Source of the DNA: Fibrobacteria bacterium
Lineage (GTDB): Bacteria; Fibrobacterota; Fibrobacteria; UBA11236
NCBI GenBank assembly: GCA_043745805.1
Contig: JAYTSD010000004.1
Coordinates: 94,543-158,542, forward strand
DNA: 64,000 nucleotides
Direction: 5' to 3'
The notes beneath the pieces were generated by a model. That model was not told the origin of the DNA and searched no databases. It worked only from the letters and a program-made list of their open reading frames with translations. A program made the position numbers and the translations under genes. Shown here in pieces: positions 59,994 to 64,000 of this stretch (positions within the stretch are counted from its first letter, which is position 1; each line of letters opens with the position of its first letter).

Positions 59994-61955
59994 TTAATCT
60001 TCTTCGGATGACCGTAACTTTGCGAGTACGGATAAATCTTCCAAGGTGGTCATATCCCCTTTACTCTCTACACCATTGGCGACATCGCGTAATAATCGAC
60101 GCATAATTTTTCCCGAACGTGTTTTAGGTAAAGCATCAGAAAAATGGATTTGATCCGGCGCCGCGATAGGGCCAATGGTATTACGCACATGATTTTTTAA
60201 ATCTTCTTTGACGCGATCACTTTTTTCCGCATGCTTGGCTAAGGTCACAAAGGCTGCTATGCCTTCCCCTTTAATATCATGCTTAAAACCTACTACGGCG
60301 GCTTCAACCACGGCATCATGTCCTACTAAAGCACTTTCGACTTCCATAGTCGAAAGCCGATGACCCGATACATTAAGTACATCATCAATTCGGCCCAAAA
60401 TCCATATATAACCGTCCTTATCCCGCACGGCACCGTCACCGGCAAGATACCACCCCTTTGCAGCAAAACGACTCCAATAGACTTCTTGAAATCTTTCATT
60501 ATCGCCATATAAGGTCCGTAACATAGAAGGCCAAGGCTGCTTAATAACCAAAAATCCACCTTGCCCCAAAGGCAACTCTTCACCTTTTTCATTGGCTATG
60601 GCGATTTCTACCCCAAAGAAAGGAAATGTCGCCGAACCTGGCTTGGTACTAGTTATGCCGGGCAGTGGTGTGATCATAATAGCGCCGGTTTCAGTTTGCC
60701 ACCAAGTATCCACAATAGGACAGCGTTTCCCACCTATTACTTCATGATACCACATCCAGGCTTCAGGATTTATCGGCTCACCCACGGAACCAAGGAGACG
60801 TAAACTAGTTAAGTCATGTTTCTTGGGATGTTCATCTCCCCATTTCATAAAAGCACGAATCGCCGTAGGCGCGGTATAAAAAATATTCACTTTATAACGT
60901 TCCACAATTTTCCACATGCGATCAAAGTCTGGAAAATTAGGGGCACCTTCATACATTAATGTGGTCGCTCCATTATTAAGCGGCCCATAAATCACATAAC
61001 TATGGCCGGTGACCCAACCAATATCGGCAGTACACCAGTAGGTATCTGCTTCTTTAAGATCAAAAATGTACTTCGTAGTTAAGTACGTACCCACCATGTA
61101 ACCTGCCGTACTATGCAAGATACCCTTAGGTTTACCCGTACTTCCCGAAGTGTATAAAATATACAGAGGATGTTCGGCATCGAGTTCCGCAGCAGGGCAA
61201 TGCGTGGAGGCATTCGCCATTAAATCGGCATACCAAAAATCGCGGCCGGTTTGCATTTCCACTTGATTCTTAGCGCGTTTTACCACCACACAGCTTTTCA
61301 CGGTAACGGTTTGTTTTAAAGCTTCATCGACTACGGCTTTTAAAGGAATAATCGCTCCACGACGAAATCCACCATCAGCCGTGATCACCATTTTGCAAGC
61401 ACAGTCATTAATTCTATCCACTAAAGCTGGTGCCGAAAAACCTCCGAAGATGATAGAATGCACTGCACCAATACGCGCACAAGCCAGCATGGCAATGGCC
61501 AGTTCAGGAATCATCGGCATATAAATCGCAATGGTATCGCCGGCAACAATGCCTTGTGCCTTAAGAACATTGGCGAATTGACAGACTTGAACATAAAGTT
61601 CTTGATAGGTGAGCATCACACGCTCACCCTCGGGTTCACCTTCCCATAAAATGGCGGCTTTATTTTTACGGGCCGTGGTTAAATGCCGGTCTAAGCAATT
61701 GTAAGTTAAATTGGTTTTACCTCCTTCAAACCATTTGGCGAAAGGAGGATTATCCCAATTGCGAACTCGATCCCATTTTTTAAACCAATGTAATTGGCTG
61801 GCAATATCTCCCCAAAATTTTTCTGGATTTTGAATCGATTCTTGATATAACTTTTCATATTCGGCTTGAGAGGATAAGGTCGCTTGGGCTGTAAAAGCAG
61901 CGGGCGGAGCAAAGGTTCTGCTCTCATTCAAAACGCTTTCAATATTTCCTGACAT
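59994..61955 (-). CDS. acs: Acetyl-CoA synthetase (acetate--CoA ligase)
   Basis: [14 protein letters not shown]-binding motif. 653 aa. Acs-specific N-terminal region. Confidence 0.85.
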   Translation of the reverse strand: MSGNIESVLNESRTFAPPAAFTAQATLSSQAEYEKLYQESIQNPEKFWGDIASQLHWFKKWDRVRNWDNPPFAKWFEGGKTNLTYNCLDRHLTTARKNKAAILWEGEPEGERVMLTYQELYVQVCQFANVLKAQGIVAGDTIAIYMPMIPELAIAMLACARIGAVHSIIFGGFSAPALVDRINDCACKMVITADGGFRRGAIIPLKAVVDEALKQTVTVKSCVVVKRAKNQVEMQTGRDFWYADLMANASTHCPAAELDAEHPLYILYTSGSTGKPKGILHSTAGYMVGTYLTTKYIFDLKEADTYWCTADIGWVTGHSYVIYGPLNNGATTLMYEGAPNFPDFDRMWKIVERYKVNIFYTAPTAIRAFMKWGDEHPKKHDLTSLRLLGSVGEPINPEAWMWYHEVIGGKRCPIVDTWWQTETGAIMITPLPGITSTKPGSATFPFFGVEIAIANEKGEELPLGQGGFLVIKQPWPSMLRTLYGDNERFQEVYWSRFAAKGWYLAGDGAVRDKDGYIWILGRIDDVLNVSGHRLSTMEVESALVGHDAVVEAAVVGFKHDIKGEGIAAFVTLAKHAEKSDRVKEDLKNHVRNTIGPIAAPDQIHFSDALPKTRSGKIMRRLLRDVANGVESKGDMTTLEDLSVLAKLRSSEED

Positions 61956-62075
61956 AGGTACAGCCCTTCGATTTAAGAAAAAAAGTGATATTCTTTGGCG
62001 TAAAAATTAGCACAAAATATGCATAACCTACAGCCGCCTATCCCTTTTTTTATTCCCACCAATTATCTTTAATTC

Positions 62076-62432
62076 ATGAATTGGATCAAAGTGGCAGGAA
62101 CATTGGGATTTACCGGAGTGGCCTTAGGGGCCTTTGGAGCGCATGCCTTAAAAGCCAAGCTTCCGCCCGACATGTTAACGGTCTATCATACTGCTGTGCT
62201 TTATCATTTAATTCATGCCCTAGCCTTGCTCGCCTTGGCTTTTTATGGACGTAGCGCCAATGTTAACATTCAATTTGGGGCCATAGGTTTTTTAGGTGGT
62301 ATCATTTTATTTTCGGGCAGTTTATACGCGCTCGCGCTGACGGGATTTAAACCATTAGGCGCGATTACTCCACTGGGAGGTTTATGCTTTCTCATTAGTT
62401 GGGCCTGGATTGTGCTTCGATTAAAAACATAA
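62076..62432 (+). CDS. DUF423 (YgdD-like) membrane protein
   Basis: GAFGAHALK motif. 4 TM segments. Confidence 0.6.
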   Translation: MNWIKVAGTLGFTGVALGAFGAHALKAKLPPDMLTVYHTAVLYHLIHALALLALAFYGRSANVNIQFGAIGFLGGIILFSGSLYALALTGFKPLGAITPLGGLCFLISWAWIVLRLKT

Positions 62433-62450
62433 TCTTGGGATTTTTTCTGC

Positions 62451-63791
62451 ATGGAAAATTTCTCGATCTCGCGTTTCTCGTCCCCATCCATCTGTCCACC
62501 TTCTTTTAAAAACGCTTTTCGTTTTTGGCTCAAATTAGGTTTTATCAATTTCGGTGGGCCTGCGGCGCAAATTGCCATTATGCATCAAGAGCTAGTGGAA
62601 AAGAAAAAATGGATCGATGAAACACGTTTTTTATATGCGCTGAATTATTGCATGTTACTCCCTGGCCCTGAGGCACAACAATTATCTATTTATATTGGCT
62701 GGCTCTTGCATGGCATACCCGGCGGCCTCTGTGCGGGTACCTTATTTGTGTTGCCAGCGGTTTTTGTATTATGGGGATTGAGTTATGCTTATGCGGCCTT
62801 CGGACATATTTTTTGGGTAGCGGGATTTTTTGCGGGATTAAAACCCGCCGCATTAGCGATTGTAATATGCGCTTGCTTACGTTTAAGTAAAAGCTTAAGT
62901 AAAAAAGCTACACCCCAAAAAGCCACTTGGTTATTGGCCGCACTTTCTTTTATCGGATTATTTTTTCTGCATATTCCTTTCCCGCTTATTATTGCTTGTG
63001 CAGCGGGCCTAGGATTTATCGATGCATGGAAAAGTTTGGGTTTATTTTCTTCCGGCTTAAAAGCTAACGCCTTGGATGAATCCTCGAATAAATTATCGGA
63101 GATTCACTCTCCTCTTAAAATAAATTATGGGAAAAATTATACTTGGAAAATTTTGAGTGTAGGATTGATGCTGTGGTTTTCACCTTTCTTGGCACTTTAT
63201 TTGTGGAAAGATGCAGCAGCTATTTTGCGGCCCTTAGGTATTTTTTTTGGTAAGGCAGCGTTGGTTACTTTTGGTGGTGCTTATGCTGTTTTGCCTTATG
63301 TGGCCCAGCAGGCGGTAGAACATTATGCTTGGCTCAATGCCGATCAAATGTTAACGGGGCTGGGTTTAGCGGAAACCACACCAGGACCATTAATTATGGT
63401 GGTTCAATTTGTAGGGTTTATGGCGGCATGGAATCATCCTGGAGATTTGCCGGCTTGGTTAGCGGGATCGCTGGGAGCTTTTTTGACCACTTGGGTGACC
63501 TTTGTGCCAAGCTTCCTCTATATTTTTTTAGGAGCACCTTATGTGGAAAAATTACGCCAGAATAAAAATTTAAGCTCTGCTTTGACTGCCATTACAGCCG
63601 CGGTGGTCGGTGTTATTTTCAATTTATCCATTTGGTTTGGCTGGCATACGCTTTTTGTAAATGGGCATGCGGACTATTTTGCATTGTGCTTAAGTATTAC
63701 TGCCTTCTTGGCGATTTGGAAATGGAAGTGGAATATTATCCCCGTAGTGATGTGCTGCGGGGTAATCGGTATGTTACGGTCTATCCTCTAA
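62451..63791 (+). CDS. chrA: Chromate transporter ChrA (two CHR domains)
   Basis: FGGPAAQIAIMHQELV and a second FGGAYAVLPY CHR repeat. Confidence 0.75.
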   Translation: MENFSISRFSSPSICPPSFKNAFRFWLKLGFINFGGPAAQIAIMHQELVEKKKWIDETRFLYALNYCMLLPGPEAQQLSIYIGWLLHGIPGGLCAGTLFVLPAVFVLWGLSYAYAAFGHIFWVAGFFAGLKPAALAIVICACLRLSKSLSKKATPQKATWLLAALSFIGLFFLHIPFPLIIACAAGLGFIDAWKSLGLFSSGLKANALDESSNKLSEIHSPLKINYGKNYTWKILSVGLMLWFSPFLALYLWKDAAAILRPLGIFFGKAALVTFGGAYAVLPYVAQQAVEHYAWLNADQMLTGLGLAETTPGPLIMVVQFVGFMAAWNHPGDLPAWLAGSLGAFLTTWVTFVPSFLYIFLGAPYVEKLRQNKNLSSALTAITAAVVGVIFNLSIWFGWHTLFVNGHADYFALCLSITAFLAIWKWKWNIIPVVMCCGVIGMLRSIL

Positions 63792-63820
63792 ACCTTATCA
63801 CCAAATTAAGCCACCAAATC

Positions 63821-64000
63821 CTAGCCACTAAAAGCTTTACTATCTTCCACAAAGGCTCTCATGCCTTCGCTGGTTAAAACATGATCTGCCACCGTGGCTA
63901 ATACATTGGCTGGCACAGTTAAAATATCGGCTCCTGCCAGTAAACATTCAGTAAGCTGAACTTGATTGCGAAAACTTGCGGCTAAAATTTCGGTAGTGAT
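63821..64000 (-). CDS. Transaldolase/fructose-6-phosphate aldolase family, C-terminal part (5'-partial, continues beyond the window)
   Basis: Minus-strand translation ITTEILAASFRNQVQLTECLLAGADILTVPANVLATVADHVLT matches the Tal/FSA C-terminal region. Stop at 63821-63823. Confidence 0.5.
   Translation of the reverse strand: MTTEILAASFRNQVQLTECLLAGADILTVPANVLATVADHVLTSEGMRAFVEDSKAFSG

Noticed and set aside
1-64000. tRNA/rRNA genes, for example as an island integration target near 24.4-25.0 kb
   Set aside because: I found no GTTCGAATC-like T-arm or cloverleaf-compatible segment by eye. The repeats at 24.6-24.9 kb do not fold as tRNA. A tRNAscan run would be needed to be certain.

Overview
This is a low-GC (~40%) chromosomal window from a diderm (Gram-negative-type) bacterium. 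The diderm call rests on a PilD prepilin peptidase, LPS heptosyltransferase-like GT9 genes, an LpxH-like phosphoesterase, and beta-barrel proteins ending in a C-terminal Phe. Most of the window is ordinary housekeeping and signal-transduction content. That includes a penicillin-acylase-family hydrolase, MFS, EamA and ChrA transporters, ddl-tsaB-rimI, galE, hisGE, acs, glgP, peroxiredoxin, larC, two Hanks-type Ser/Thr kinases, a PAS-GGDEF, a PAS-PP2C and an HDOD protein. The accessory part lies at about 9.4-24.9 kb. It begins with a complete, apparently intact type I-C CRISPR-Cas locus on the minus strand, ordered cas3-cas5d-cas8c-cas7-cas4-cas1-cas2-leader-array. The array has 7 repeats of 32 bp, the leader-distal one degenerate, and 6 spacers of 34 nt each. 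A WYL-domain/HTH regulator sits 45 bp upstream of cas3 on the same strand. Directly upstream of that regulator is a 4.6-kb cassette bracketed by a 63-bp near-perfect direct repeat (19967-20029 and 24598-24660). The cassette carries a Fic (HPFxEGNGR) protein with a Bro-N/DinD-like N-terminus. It also carries a DUF1016/YhcG-like gene disrupted by a single in-frame TAG at a conserved Trp. The rest is a decayed type I restriction-modification locus. Its hsdM is collapsed to about 400 bp and no hsdR is present. Its hsdS is single-TRD and frameshifted at a poly-C7 tract. KilA-N and DUF559 genes are inserted at duplicated hsdS 5' segments, and GC-rich hairpin motifs flank the DUF559 core. A palindrome-rich, non-coding 0.4-kb repeat nest follows the second direct-repeat copy. 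Other points worth a second look are a frameshifted OMP-like gene beside the CRISPR trailer, a ChlI-like AAA+ ATPase plus VWA pair, a translationally coupled 52-aa ORF ahead of a GT9 gene, and an extended PRPP-synthetase-like protein clustered with glgP, GT9 and a Ser/Thr kinase. I could not recognise any tRNA, rRNA, transposase or integrase by eye.
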